Below, one piece after another: positions 50,636-60,180 of a DNA stretch of 64,000 bases. A program made the translations under genes and the position numbers. The stretch is from an uncultured Thermoleophilia bacterium (GTDB taxonomy: Bacteria; Actinomycetota; Thermoleophilia; UBA2241): assembly GCA_963709635.1 (NCBI GenBank), contig CAVPXA010000028.1, positions 70,020 to 134,019 of the forward strand. Reading direction: 5' to 3'. The notes under the pieces were generated by a model that saw only the letters and a program-made list of their open reading frames with translations, was not told where the DNA came from and ran no database searches. Each line of letters starts with the position of its first letter. Position 1 is the first letter of the stretch.

Positions 50636-52346
50636 TCAGAACAGGCCGATGATCCGGCCGGTCTCGACGTCGATGTCGACGTCGACGGCGGCCGGCCGCT
50701 TGGCCAGGCCGGGCATGGTGCGCATCTCGCCGAGCAGCGGGTACAGGTACCCGGCGCCGGTGGCGGGACGGATGTCGCGGATCGGCACGCGGAAGCCGCG
50801 CGGACGGCCCTTGAGCGCCGGGTCGTGGCTCAGCGACAGGTGGGTCTTCGCCATGCAGAGCGGCAGCTTGTCGAGGCCCTGCTCGGTGAACTGCTTGATC
50901 TTGGCCTCGGCCTCGGGCAGGTAGTCCACGCCGTCGGCGCCGTAGATCTTGGTGGCGATGGTCTCGATCTTCTCCTTGATGGAGGCCTCGAGCGGATACA
51001 GGAACTTGAAGTCCCCGCCCTTGTCGGCGGCCGCCTTGACGACCTCGGCCGCCTCCTGGCCGCCGTCGCCGCCGAGCGCGTGCACGTTGATCGGCACGGC
51101 GTCCTCGGCGCCGGCCGCGATGGCCTCCTTGCGCACGATCTCGACCTCGGTGTCGCGGTCGAAGGCGAAGCGGTTGATGCGTGACGACGACGGGCAGGCC
51201 GAAGTACTTCATGTTCTCGATCTGCTTGGCGAGGTTCTCGCAGCCCTTGGTGAGCGCCTCGTTGTTCTCTTCCTTGAGCAGCTCGGGGTTGACCGGCAGG
51301 CCGCCGTGCATCTTGAGCGCGCGCATGGTGCAGGTGATGACCACGGCGCTGGGCGCGAAGCCGCCGTAGCGGCAGATGATGTCCATGAACTTCTCGGCGC
51401 CGAGGTCGGCGGCGAAGCCGCTCTCGGTGACGACGTAGTCGCTGAGCTTCATGGCGACCTTGTCGGCGATGATCGAGTTGTTGCCCTGGGCGATGTTGGC
51501 GAAGGGGCCGGCGTGGATGAGCGCGGCGTTGCCCTCGAGGGTCTGCATGAGGTTCGGCTTGATGGCGTCCTTGAGGAGCACCGTCATGGCGCCGCCGGCG
51601 CCGATGTCGTCGGCCGTCAGCGGCTGCCCGACTTGTTGTAGCCGAAGGTGATGCGGCCGAGGCGCTCGCGCAGGTCCTTGAGCGAGGTGGCGAGGCCGAG
51701 GATGGCCATGACCTCGCTGGCGACGGTGATGTCGTAGCCGGTCTGGCGCGGCAGGCCGTTGAGCCGCCCGCCGAGGCCGTTGACGATCTCGCGCATGGCG
51801 CGGTCGTTGAGGTCGACGCAGCGCCGCCACGAGATGGTGAGCGGATCGATGTCGAGCTCGTTGCCGTGCATGAGGTGGCTGTCGACCATGGCGGCGAGCA
51901 GGTTGTTGGCCGTGCCGACGGCGTGGATGTCGCCGGTGAAGTGCAGGTTGAGGTCCTCCATCGGCAGGAACTGCGAGTAGCCGCCGCCGGCGGCGCCGCC
52001 CTTGATGCCGAACACCGGGCCGAGGGAGGGCTCACGCAGCGCGAGCATGGTGTCCATGCCGACGCGCGTTCATGCTCTCGGAGAGGCCGACGGCCGTGAC
52101 CGTCTTGCCCTCGCCGAGCGGCGTCGGGGTGATGGCCGTGACGTCGATGATCTTGCCGTCGGGCTTGTCCTTGAGGCGGTCGAGCAGGGCCATGTAGTCG
52201 ATCTTGGCCTTGTAGCGACCGTAGAGCTCCAGCTCGTCCTCGAGGATGCCGGCCTTCTCGGCGATCGCCTGGATGGGCTGCATGGTGGCGGCCTGGGCGA
52301 TCTCGATGTCGCTCGGCACCGGGGACTTGCGAACGATCGAACTCAA
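50636..52346 (-). pseudogene. fhs: Formate--tetrahydrofolate ligase; indels near 51181, 51630 and 52064
   Basis: TTG 52346 after AAAGGAGG. SDIEIAQ...[11 protein letters not shown]; [22 protein letters not shown]; HAGPFANIA; INRFAFD; PLCMAKT; spread over four ORF fragments. Confidence 0.92.
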
Positions 52347-52434
52347 CGCGTCCTCCTTTGGTCTCCACTATCCCGCGCGTCTCGATGGTGAGGGCCGGCC
52401 ACCCGCGGGGCGAATACCCGGCACCTTGTGCGCG

Positions 52435-52464
52435 ATTCTACTAGCGCGGCACAAAAGCGGTCAA
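52435..52464 (-). promoter_or_regulatory. Candidate sigma-70-type promoter of fhs
   Basis: Minus strand TTGACC-N18-TAGAAT, about 88 nt upstream of the fhs start. Confidence 0.35.
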
Positions 52465-52529
52465 TTTCGAACATCGGGGAGTCCGGCATCCCGGACGGAG
52501 GCGATGGGCGCGAGTGCGGACCGAGGGCG

Positions 52530-53817
52530 TCAGGAGCCGCTGAAGCGGCTGCGCGCGGCGGACTGCGCGGCCTCGTAGACGACCCGCGCGGGCCGCCCCA
52601 CGGCCGCCGCCACGCGGCGGACGTCCTCGTACTCGGGTGAGACACTGGCGAGGCGTCCGCCGACGAAGCTGAGGCGGACGCTCACCTTGAGCTTGCCGAT
52701 CTTGACGGTCTCGCGCCGCTCCTCCGCGTACAGGCGGTCGCAGGGGACGACGCGCAGGCCGAAGGTGGTGGTCTCGGAGAAGACGGCGTCGGCCAGGGGC
52801 TCGCGGTCGGCGGCCGCGGCGAGCACGTGGAGCACCACGCCGGGGCGGCCCTTCTTCATGAGCGCCTGGCTCATCCACACGTCGAGCGCGCCGGCCTCGC
52901 GCAGCGCGTTGGCGGCGTGCGCGAGCAGCTCCGGCGTCATGTCGTCGATGTTGGCCTCGAGGACGACGTGGTCGCCGGGGCCGTGGCCGGAGGCCTGTGC
53001 GGCCCCGGCGGCCGGTCCGGGCTCGCCGGCGTCGGCGTCGTCCGGCACGGCGGCCGGGTCCACGAGCACGGCGCGCAGCACGTTGGGCCGGCCGGGCACC
53101 TCGCGGCGGCCGGCCCCGTACCCGATGCGCTCCACGCGGCCCTGCGGCAGGCCGCCGAACGCGCCGGCGTAGTGCGCGAGCAGGGCGGCGCCGGTGGGCG
53201 TGGTGAGCTCGCCGAGCGGCTTGGCCGGGGTCTCGCCGGCAGGTACGGCCGGCGCGCCGCCGGCCGTCGGCAGGCCGGCGAGCAGGCGAGAGCACGGCCG
53301 GAGCCGGCACGCTCAGCCGGCCGTGCGCCGTCTCGACCTCGCCGTCGCCCAGCGCCGGCGGCGAGGCCACGATCTGCTCCGGCGCGAGCTTCATGATCAG
53401 CGTGACCGCGCAGATGAGGTCCACGGCGGTGTCCACGTCGCTGAGCTCGTGCAGGTGCTCCTCTTCTTCGCCGCGGCCGTGCACCTCGGCCTCGGCCGCG
53501 GCCATGCGCTCGGCGATCGAGGCGACGGTGTCGGTGGCCGGCTGCCCGAGGTCGGAGGCGTACAGCGACAGGATCATCTCGTCGAAGGTCGCGAACCCGG
53601 GCTGGTCGGCGACCTTGAACGCCAGCGCCGCCATGCCGCCGCGGCGCACGTCCTCGATCTGGACGAGCCGCGGGTCGATGCCGGCGGCGGCGAGGGCCGG
53701 GCGCAGCAGGTCGTCCAGCGGGCCGGGGTCGGCCTCGCGCGCCCCGGCCAGCGAGAGCAGCGCGCCGACGAGCATGTCGCCGCTGATGCCGCTGGCGCAG
53801 TCGAGATACAGGATCAT
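52530..53817 (-). pseudogene. larC: LarC-family nickel insertion protein (nickel-pincer cofactor biosynthesis, DUF111); indel near 53286
   Basis: MILYLDCASGISGDMLVGALL ... HLHELSDVDTAVDLI (ORF 52441..53817), then LLAGLP...ELTTPTGAALLAHY...ERIGYGAG...DDMTPE...KKGRPG (frame of ORF 52530..53135). Confidence 0.85.
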
Positions 53818-53946
53818 GAGGTCACTCTATCGCGTTGCCTGGTCTGTACACATCTTCGTCACGCTGCCCGCCGCGCACCGGACGCGGGCGTGTGCCTCCC
53901 ATCGGCACAACCTGGCGCTTGCATGAGACTCCGATAGAATGCCGCC

Positions 53947-54978
53947 ATGCGCATCGCCCAGCTCGCACCTCCATGGATCACCGTCCCCCCCGCGGGCTAC
54001 GGCGGCACGGAGTGGGTGGTGCAGCAGCTCTGCGACGGCCTCACCGCCCGCGGCCACGAGGTGCGCCTCTACGCCACCGGCGACTCGCACACGGCGGCCG
54101 AGCTCTGCGCCCTGTTCCCGCGCAGATGCCGGACCGCATCGGCGTCACGCCCTTCGACGCGCGCCACATCTCGTTCGCGTTCGCCGACATCGAGGACGAG
54201 CGAGTTCGACCTCGTGCACGACCACTCCGGGTTCATCGCCGTCGCCTTCAGCCGCTACCTGGCGACGCCCATGGTCCACACCGTCCACTGCGCCTTCGAC
54301 GAGTTCACGCTCGGCTTCTACGAGCAGTTCGCGCGCGAGGTGGGCTACATCTGCATCAGCGAGTACCAGCGCTCCATGGCGCCGCCCGGCATGGACTGGG
54401 CCGGCCTCGCCTACAACGCCATCCCCGCCGAGGAGTGGCCGTACACCACGAGCAAGGACGACTACCTGCTCGCGTTCGGCCGCGTGTGCGAGGCCAAGGG
54501 GTTCCACCACAGCATCGCGGCCGCCAAACGGCTCGGCCGCAAGCTCATCATGGCCGGCGTGCTGCAGGCGCCGTACCGCAAGTACTTCCACGAGATGATC
54601 GAGCCGCACATCGACGGCGACCAGATCGTCTACGAGGGCGAAGTGACGATGGAGCGCAAGCGCGAGCTGTTCGCCGGCGCGAGCGCGTTCCTCTTCCCCA
54701 TCACCTGGCCGGAGCCGTTCGGGCTGGTGATGATCGAGGCCATGGCCTGCGGCACCCCCGTGGTGGCGATGCGCCAGGGCTCGGTGCCCGAGGTCGTGGA
54801 CGAGGGCAAGACCGGGTTCGTGGTGGATGCCGACGACCTCGACGCGTTCGTGGCGGCGGTGGGCCGGGTCGGCGAGATCGACCCCGCCGTCTGCCGCCGC
54901 ACCGTGGAGGAGCGGTTCACCGTCGAGCGGATGATCGACAGCTACGAGGCGATCTACCGGCGCTACCTCGAGAGGTGA
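53947..54978 (+). CDS. GT4-family glycosyltransferase; ORF intact but about 27 codons (54120-54201) are read out of frame between two compensating indels
   Basis: MRIAQLAPPWITVPPAGYGGTEWVV...EPFGLVMIEAMACGTPVVA...EVVDEGKTGF. The Arg/Ser-rich segment PRRCRTASASRPSTRATSRSRSPTSRTS becomes AQMPDRIGVTPFDARHISFAFADIEDE in the +1 frame. Confidence 0.8.
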   Translation: MRIAQLAPPWITVPPAGYGGTEWVVQQLCDGLTARGHEVRLYATGDSHTAAELCALFPRRCRTASASRPSTRATSRSRSPTSRTSEFDLVHDHSGFIAVAFSRYLATPMVHTVHCAFDEFTLGFYEQFAREVGYICISEYQRSMAPPGMDWAGLAYNAIPAEEWPYTTSKDDYLLAFGRVCEAKGFHHSIAAAKRLGRKLIMAGVLQAPYRKYFHEMIEPHIDGDQIVYEGEVTMERKRELFAGASAFLFPITWPEPFGLVMIEAMACGTPVVAMRQGSVPEVVDEGKTGFVVDADDLDAFVAAVGRVGEIDPAVCRRTVEERFTVERMIDSYEAIYRRYLER

Positions 54979-56064
54979 GCAGCGCCGGGAGCCTGACGCC
55001 CGCACGCCGCGGCCGAGGCCTCGCCGCGTACCTCGCCGGCGCGGGCGAGCGGAGAGCCCACCCCGCCCCGCTCTTCCTCCTGCGGCGACGCCGCCGAGGT
55101 CCTCACGCGGTTCCCGGACGCCTCCGTCGACTGCGTCGATCACCAGCCCTCCGTACTTCGGCCACCGGCGCTACGCCGGCGGCGGCATCGGCGCCGAGGG
55201 CGGCTGGCAGGACTACGTCGCCGCCCTCGGCGCCGTCACCGCCGAGCTGCTCCGCGTCGTCAAGCCGACCGGCTCTCTCTGGCTCAACCTCGGCGACACC
55301 TACCGCGGCAAGCGCCAGCTCGGCGTCCCCTGGCGGGTCGCCTTCCACCTCGCCGACGAGCAGGGCTGGACGCTGCGCAACAGCGTCGTCTGGCACAAGG
55401 TCAAGGGCGGGCCGGACAACAGCAAGGACAAGCTGCGCAACGTGCACGAGCTGCTGTTCCACTTCGTGCGCCAGCCCAAGGGTTACTACTACGACGACGG
55501 CGCCGTGCGGCGCGCGCCGCGCGCGGCGCGCGTGGAGAACGGCGCCGTCGTGAGCGCCACCGGCGTGAGCGGCGTGCGCTACCGCCGCCAGATCGAGCTC
55601 TCGACGTCGCTGGACGACGCGGAGAAGGCGGCGGCCCTCGCCGCGCTCGACGAGACGCTCGGCGAGGTCGCCGCCGGCCGCCTCGCCGACTTCCGCATGG
55701 TCATCCGCGGCCGCCAGCGCGCGACGCACTCCGACGTCGGCGCCGTGAGCGGCCGCGCCCGCGAGCTCCAGGAGCGCGGCTTCTACTTCCTCCGCTACCA
55801 CCCCGACGGCGCCAAGCTCGGCGACGTCTGGGACATCCTGCCGGAGGACTCGCAGGGCCGGGACCTCCACTTCGCGCCGTTCCCGGCCGACCTCTGCCGC
55901 ACGCCGATCCTGGCCACCTGCCCGGCGGACGGCGTGGTGCTCGACCCCTTCTGCGGCACCGGCACGGCCATGCTCGTCGCCGCCGAGCTCGGCCGCCGGT
56001 CGGTCGGCATCGACCTCGCCCCCGAGTACCTGGCTCTCGCGCGCGAGCGCGCGGGCAAGCCTGA
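54975..56064 (+). pseudogene. Beta-class (N4-C/N6-A) DNA methyltransferase, no partner endonuclease seen; indels near 55082 and 55138, 3' end uncertain
   Basis: GTG 54975 overlaps the GT4 TGA. GDAAEVLTRFPDASVDCV|ITSPPYF (motif IV SPPY), GSLWLNLGD, VWHK, later DPFCGTGT (motif I) - the order typical of the beta class. The open frame has no stop before 56578; a TGA at 56062-56064 in another frame is the likely true end. Confidence 0.72.
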
Positions 56065-56169
56065 CGCAAGCCCGGGCAGCGCCCGGACCGGCTCCGCCCG
56101 CGGTCCTTACCCGTTGGTCACTTCGTGTAGTATCTGCGCCTGCGAGTCGCGAGCGAGGAGGGAGCGGAC

Positions 56170-56880
56170 ATGCCCGAGGGCAACATCAACGCCGAGGTCG
56201 CGGAGCACCTGCGCGAGCACGGCGGGCACGGGGAGCACGACGAGCACCAGCCCAGCAAGCGTCGCATCGAGACCATCGAGATCCTCGAGGCGCTCCTGCT
56301 CGCGATCGTCGCCATCGCTACCGCGCTCAGCGGCTTCCAGGCGGCTCTCTTCGACGGCGAGAGCGCCAAAGAGTACGCCACGTCGTCGCGGCTCCGCTCC
56401 GAGAGCGTCGAGAAGAACCTGGAGTCCATCCAGGTGGCCGCCTACGACGCCAGCACCCTCAACTCCTGGCTGCAGGCGGAGGTCGCCGGAGACGAGGAGC
56501 TCAAGGCGGTCCTCGCGAACCGCTTCACGCCGGAGTACGAGGAGGCGTTCAAGGCCTGGGTCGAGCTGGACCCGCTGAACAACCCCGACGCCCCGGCCGG
56601 CCCGCGGTTCATGCCGGAGTACGAGGATCCCCTCGCCGAGGAGGCCAAGGAACTGGCGGCGGAGGCGACCCACGCGTTCGACCTGGGCGTCTCGACCCGC
56701 CTCACCGGCGAGAAGTACGTGCGCGTGACGGTGATCCTGGCCGTGGTCCTCTTCCTGATCGCCATCGGCCAGCGCTTCAAGGTCCGGGGCGTCCGGAACT
56801 CCGTCAACGCCGTAGCGGGAGTGCTGATCGTCTACTGCGTCTACTTGATCATCGTCTACCCGCACATCTTCACGCACTGA
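56170..56880 (+). CDS. Membrane protein, DUF4337-like
   Basis: 236 aa. ATG after GAGGAGGGA. His/Glu-rich N-terminus, TM ILEALLLAIVAIATAL, long helical middle, two C-terminal TMs. Confidence 0.6.
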   Translation: MPEGNINAEVAEHLREHGGHGEHDEHQPSKRRIETIEILEALLLAIVAIATALSGFQAALFDGESAKEYATSSRLRSESVEKNLESIQVAAYDASTLNSWLQAEVAGDEELKAVLANRFTPEYEEAFKAWVELDPLNNPDAPAGPRFMPEYEDPLAEEAKELAAEATHAFDLGVSTRLTGEKYVRVTVILAVVLFLIAIGQRFKVRGVRNSVNAVAGVLIVYCVYLIIVYPHIFTH

Positions 56881-56904
56881 CGGACGGCGGCGCGGCGGCG
56901 GAGG

Positions 56905-57162
56905 CTACTTCTCCGCCGCCCGAGCCTCTTCCAGGTAGCCACGCACTTCGTCCGACGCCGGCACCCTGCCGCGACAGACCACCTTGCCGTCGATGCGCAG
57001 GCCGGGCGAGCGCCACACGCTGCGCGCCACCAGCGCCGCCGGGTCGCTGATGCGGCGCACGTCTGCGGAGGCGGCGAGGCCGGTGGCCGCGAGCGCCTCC
57101 GTGAGCGCCGCGTCCAGCGCGGCGGTGCGTTCGTCCGCGAGTCCCAGAAGTTCGATGATCAT
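56905..57162 (-). CDS. Small thioredoxin-fold protein (redox-active-disulfide-protein-2-like) lacking the CxxC pair
   Basis: 85 aa. MIIELLG...SPGLRIDGKVVCRGRVPASDEVRGYL resembles the MKIEVLGxGCxxC...TPALVIDGKVV..GRVP family, but has LADERT where CxxC is expected. TAG stop. Confidence 0.5.
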   Translation of the reverse strand: MIIELLGLADERTAALDAALTEALAATGLAASADVRRISDPAALVARSVWRSPGLRIDGKVVCRGRVPASDEVRGYLEEARAAEK

Positions 57163-57228
57163 GCCGCGAGCGTAGCGCCGCCGCGGCGCGGAGCGACATG
57201 ACCTGCGTCAATCCGGTCATGCCGCCTT

Positions 57229-58776
57229 CTATCCACGGCCGTCCGAGCCGCCCGCGACGCCGCAGCGGGGCCGCGTCGGCCGGCGCGCGTCAGCGCGCGT
57301 CAGCGCGTCGAGCTTGGCGGCGATGTCGGAGAACTGCGCCTGCACCCACTTCTCGACGCTGTTCTCCTCCACCACACGGCGCAGCATGCCGGCCCGGTCG
57401 GCGCGCTCCTCGGCCGGCATCGTGAGCGCCCGGTGGAGCGCCTCGGCCTGCCCCTCGATGTCGAAGGGGTTGACCCCCAGCGCGAACGCCCCGAGCTCCT
57501 CGTAGGCGCCGGCGTACTCGCTGAGCACGAGCACCCCGTCGTGGCGGTTGAGGACGGGGCCCTCCTTGGCGACCAGGTTCATGCCGTCGCTGATGGCGTT
57601 GACGAGCAGCACGTCGTACTGCGCGTAGGCGGCCAGCGTGACCGGGAAGTCGTCCTGGATGCGCAGGTCGATCGGCATCCAGTCGGTGGTGCCGTGGCGG
57701 GTGTTCACGTCGGCGACGATGCGCTCCACGCGCTCGCGGTAGGTGACGTACTCCTCCACGTCCTCCCGGGAGGGCTGCAGCAGCGCGAGGAAGGTGAAGC
57801 GCTCCTTGAACTCCGGATGCAGCTCCAGGAACCGGTCGAGGGCGACGAAGCCGCGGATGATGTTCTTGCTGAGGTCGAGGCGGTCGACGCGCAGCAGGAG
57901 GTGCTCGCGGCGGCGGCGGACGAGCTCCAGCTCCGCCGCGTGCGCCCGCGCGGAGCCGGCGGCGTCGCGCAGCGACGCCGGGTCGATGCTCACCGGGTAC
58001 GCGCGCACCCACACCTCGCGGCCGTCGTAGCGCACCACGGCGCGCGCCTCGTCGACCTCCAGGTCCAGCAGGTCGGCGCAGCAGCGCAGGAAGTTGCTGA
58101 CGTAGTGCCGCGTGTGGAAGGCGACCACGTCGTTGCCGAGCAGCCCGCGGAACACCGCCTCGCGGATCTGCGTGGGCAGCACCCGCCAGTAGTCGCTCTG
58201 CGGCCACGGGATGTGGATGAACTGGTGCAGGAACGCGCCGGGGCAGGCGGCGCGCACGTCGGAGGCGACGAGGTAGAGCTGGTAGTCGTGCAGGAGCACG
58301 AGCGCGTCGCCGCCGCCGGCCGCGCCGGCGGCGGCGCCGTCCGGGCCGGCTGCCCCGCGGCGCACCTCGTCGATGACGGCCGCGGCGAACTGCCGGTTCA
58401 CGACCACGTAGCCGGCGTGCCAGGCGTCCATCTCCTCGGCGCGGATGTCCGGGTGGCGGCCGAGGTCCCACAGGTAGTGCTGGATGAACCACAACATCGG
58501 GTTGCTGACGATGTTGTAGTACTTGTGGTAGGCCTCGGGCGACGGGGCGACGTACCGCACGCGGTACTCCTCCCCGTCCAGCGCCACTTCGACGGCGCGC
58601 TCCTCGGCGGCGAGGCGGCGCTCCGCGTCGCTCAGCGCCGCCGCCACCCACGTGCCGGGGTGGTGGCGCAGCACCTCGGTGAGCACCGTGACGAGGCCGC
58701 CGGGGCCGCGGGTGACGACCGGCTCTCCCGAGGGGTCGTCGTGGAACGACACGGGGCCGCGGTTGGCGGCCACCAC
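57229..58776 (-). CDS. otsA: GT20-family trehalose-6-phosphate synthase-like glycosyltransferase
   Basis: 515 aa. VVAANRGPVSF, FSNPMLWF-like NIVSNPMLWFIQHY, LHDYQL, DRLDLSKNI, LVNAISDGMNLVAKE. TAG stop. GTG start has a weak RBS. Confidence 0.82.
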   Translation of the reverse strand: MVAANRGPVSFHDDPSGEPVVTRGPGGLVTVLTEVLRHHPGTWVAAALSDAERRLAAEERAVEVALDGEEYRVRYVAPSPEAYHKYYNIVSNPMLWFIQHYLWDLGRHPDIRAEEMDAWHAGYVVVNRQFAAAVIDEVRRGAAGPDGAAAGAAGGGDALVLLHDYQLYLVASDVRAACPGAFLHQFIHIPWPQSDYWRVLPTQIREAVFRGLLGNDVVAFHTRHYVSNFLRCCADLLDLEVDEARAVVRYDGREVWVRAYPVSIDPASLRDAAGSARAHAAELELVRRRREHLLLRVDRLDLSKNIIRGFVALDRFLELHPEFKERFTFLALLQPSREDVEEYVTYRERVERIVADVNTRHGTTDWMPIDLRIQDDFPVTLAAYAQYDVLLVNAISDGMNLVAKEGPVLNRHDGVLVLSEYAGAYEELGAFALGVNPFDIEGQAEALHRALTMPAEERADRAGMLRRVVEENSVEKWVQAQFSDIAAKLDALTRADARRPTRPRCGVAGGSDGRG

Positions 58777-58860
58777 GAGACGGCGCTGTGCGAGATCGAC
58801 ACTCCCTCCACCGCGGGCCTCCCGTCGGCTGGTCGGGGCCGGCGCTCGGCAGCCGGCCGG

Positions 58861-60115
58861 TCAGGTCCCTATCTTACCCTCGAGCAGGTCGGCGAAGAGC
58901 CGCAGGTCGTCGCGCAGCAGGCGCGGCGTGAGGAACTCGCGGCGCACCTTCTCCTTGCCGAGCAGCGCCATCTGCCGGTGCTTCTCCGGATCGGCCATGA
59001 TCTGCAGGCAGCGCTCGGCGCACTCGGCGGCCGAGCTCACCAGGTACCCGGTCACCCCGTCCTCGATCTGCAGCGGGATGCCGCCGACGTCGCCGCCGAC
59101 GACCGGCCGGCCCTTCCAGAGACCCTCGGTCACGGTGAGTCCGAACCCCTCGCGCGTGGACTTCTGCAGGATCACGTCGGCGTGGCTCTGGAACGCGTTG
59201 ATCTCCACCGAGCCGACATTGTCGAGGTTGGAGAGGATGAACACGTCGGTGTCGCCGCCCACGTAGTCGATGACGCGCTCGAGGTAGTCCCAGCCCTCGG
59301 GGTCGTCGCTGGCCATGGAGCCGACGAGCGCGAGTTGCACGTCCGGGTGCTTCGCCTTGACGGCGCGGTACACGTCGACCACGCCGAGCGGGTCCTTCCA
59401 CGGGTCGAAGCGGGAGACCTGGAGCAGGAGCGGCCGGTCCACGTCGATGCCGAACTGGCGCACGATGTAGCGCGCGTCCTCCGACGAGAGCTGCATGTTC
59501 TTGGGGGCCAGCGGGTCGATGGTCGGAGCGATCTCGCGCACCGGGATCGGTGAGCCCCTCGGGCACGTAGTCGGCCAGCGTGTAGACGGCCGCGTCGTAG
59601 CGGTTGATCGAGGGAAGCAGGTACTCGTAGAGCCCCTGGTCGGGCGTGGACGTGTCGATGTGGCAGCGCCAGATCCACCAGGTGGAGCGGTCCTGGCTGA
59701 GCGAGACGAAGTCGCGGATGGCGAGCGGCTGCGGGTCGTGGATGACCACGAAGTCGTAGGGCCGCGTGAGCGCGGCGGCGTTGGCGCGGCAGACCTCTTC
59801 GTAGAGCGCCTGCGACTCCGCCGGGAAGTCGACGGCGTGCCCCTGCAGGCCGTTGTGGAAGCTCTTGGTGACGTTGTAGAACTCCGGGGGCGCCGTGAGG
59901 ACCTGCCAGTGCGCCTCGAGGCCGACGTCGTTGACCAGCGGCACCAGCGTGTAGAGGATCTCGGCCACGCCGCCGCCGAAGGCGGTGGCGTTGACGTGCA
60001 GCACCTGGCGGCCCTTGAGCAGCTCGCCGAGCTCGTCGATCTCGGCCATCAGGTCCTTGGGGACGATGCTTCGGTAATCGGCCAGCGATTTGCGGCCGAC
60101 GTTCACTTCGTGCAT
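58861..60115 (-). pseudogene. GT4-family trehalose-synthase (TreT)-like glycosyltransferase; indel near 59542
   Basis: ATG 60115 after GGAGG. HVNATAFGGGVAEILYTLVPL...WQV (ORF 58874..60151), then VREIAPTIDPLAPKN...LLQVSRFDPWKDP...QKSTREGFGLTVTEGLWKGRPVV (ORF 58861..59541). Confidence 0.8.
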
Positions 60116-60180
60116 GTGACCTCCGTCTGGGTGAGGACGGTAGTACATCACACTGTGCCCCTTCGTCTAAACTCGAGGGG

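Noticed and set aside
52347-52434. THF riboswitch in the fhs leader, and a Moco riboswitch in the AOR leader (28604-28708).
   Set aside because: I could not find the conserved THF-I core elements or a Moco-motif-like multi-stem architecture by eye, only generic GC hairpins. Left as unstructured leaders pending a covariance-model scan.
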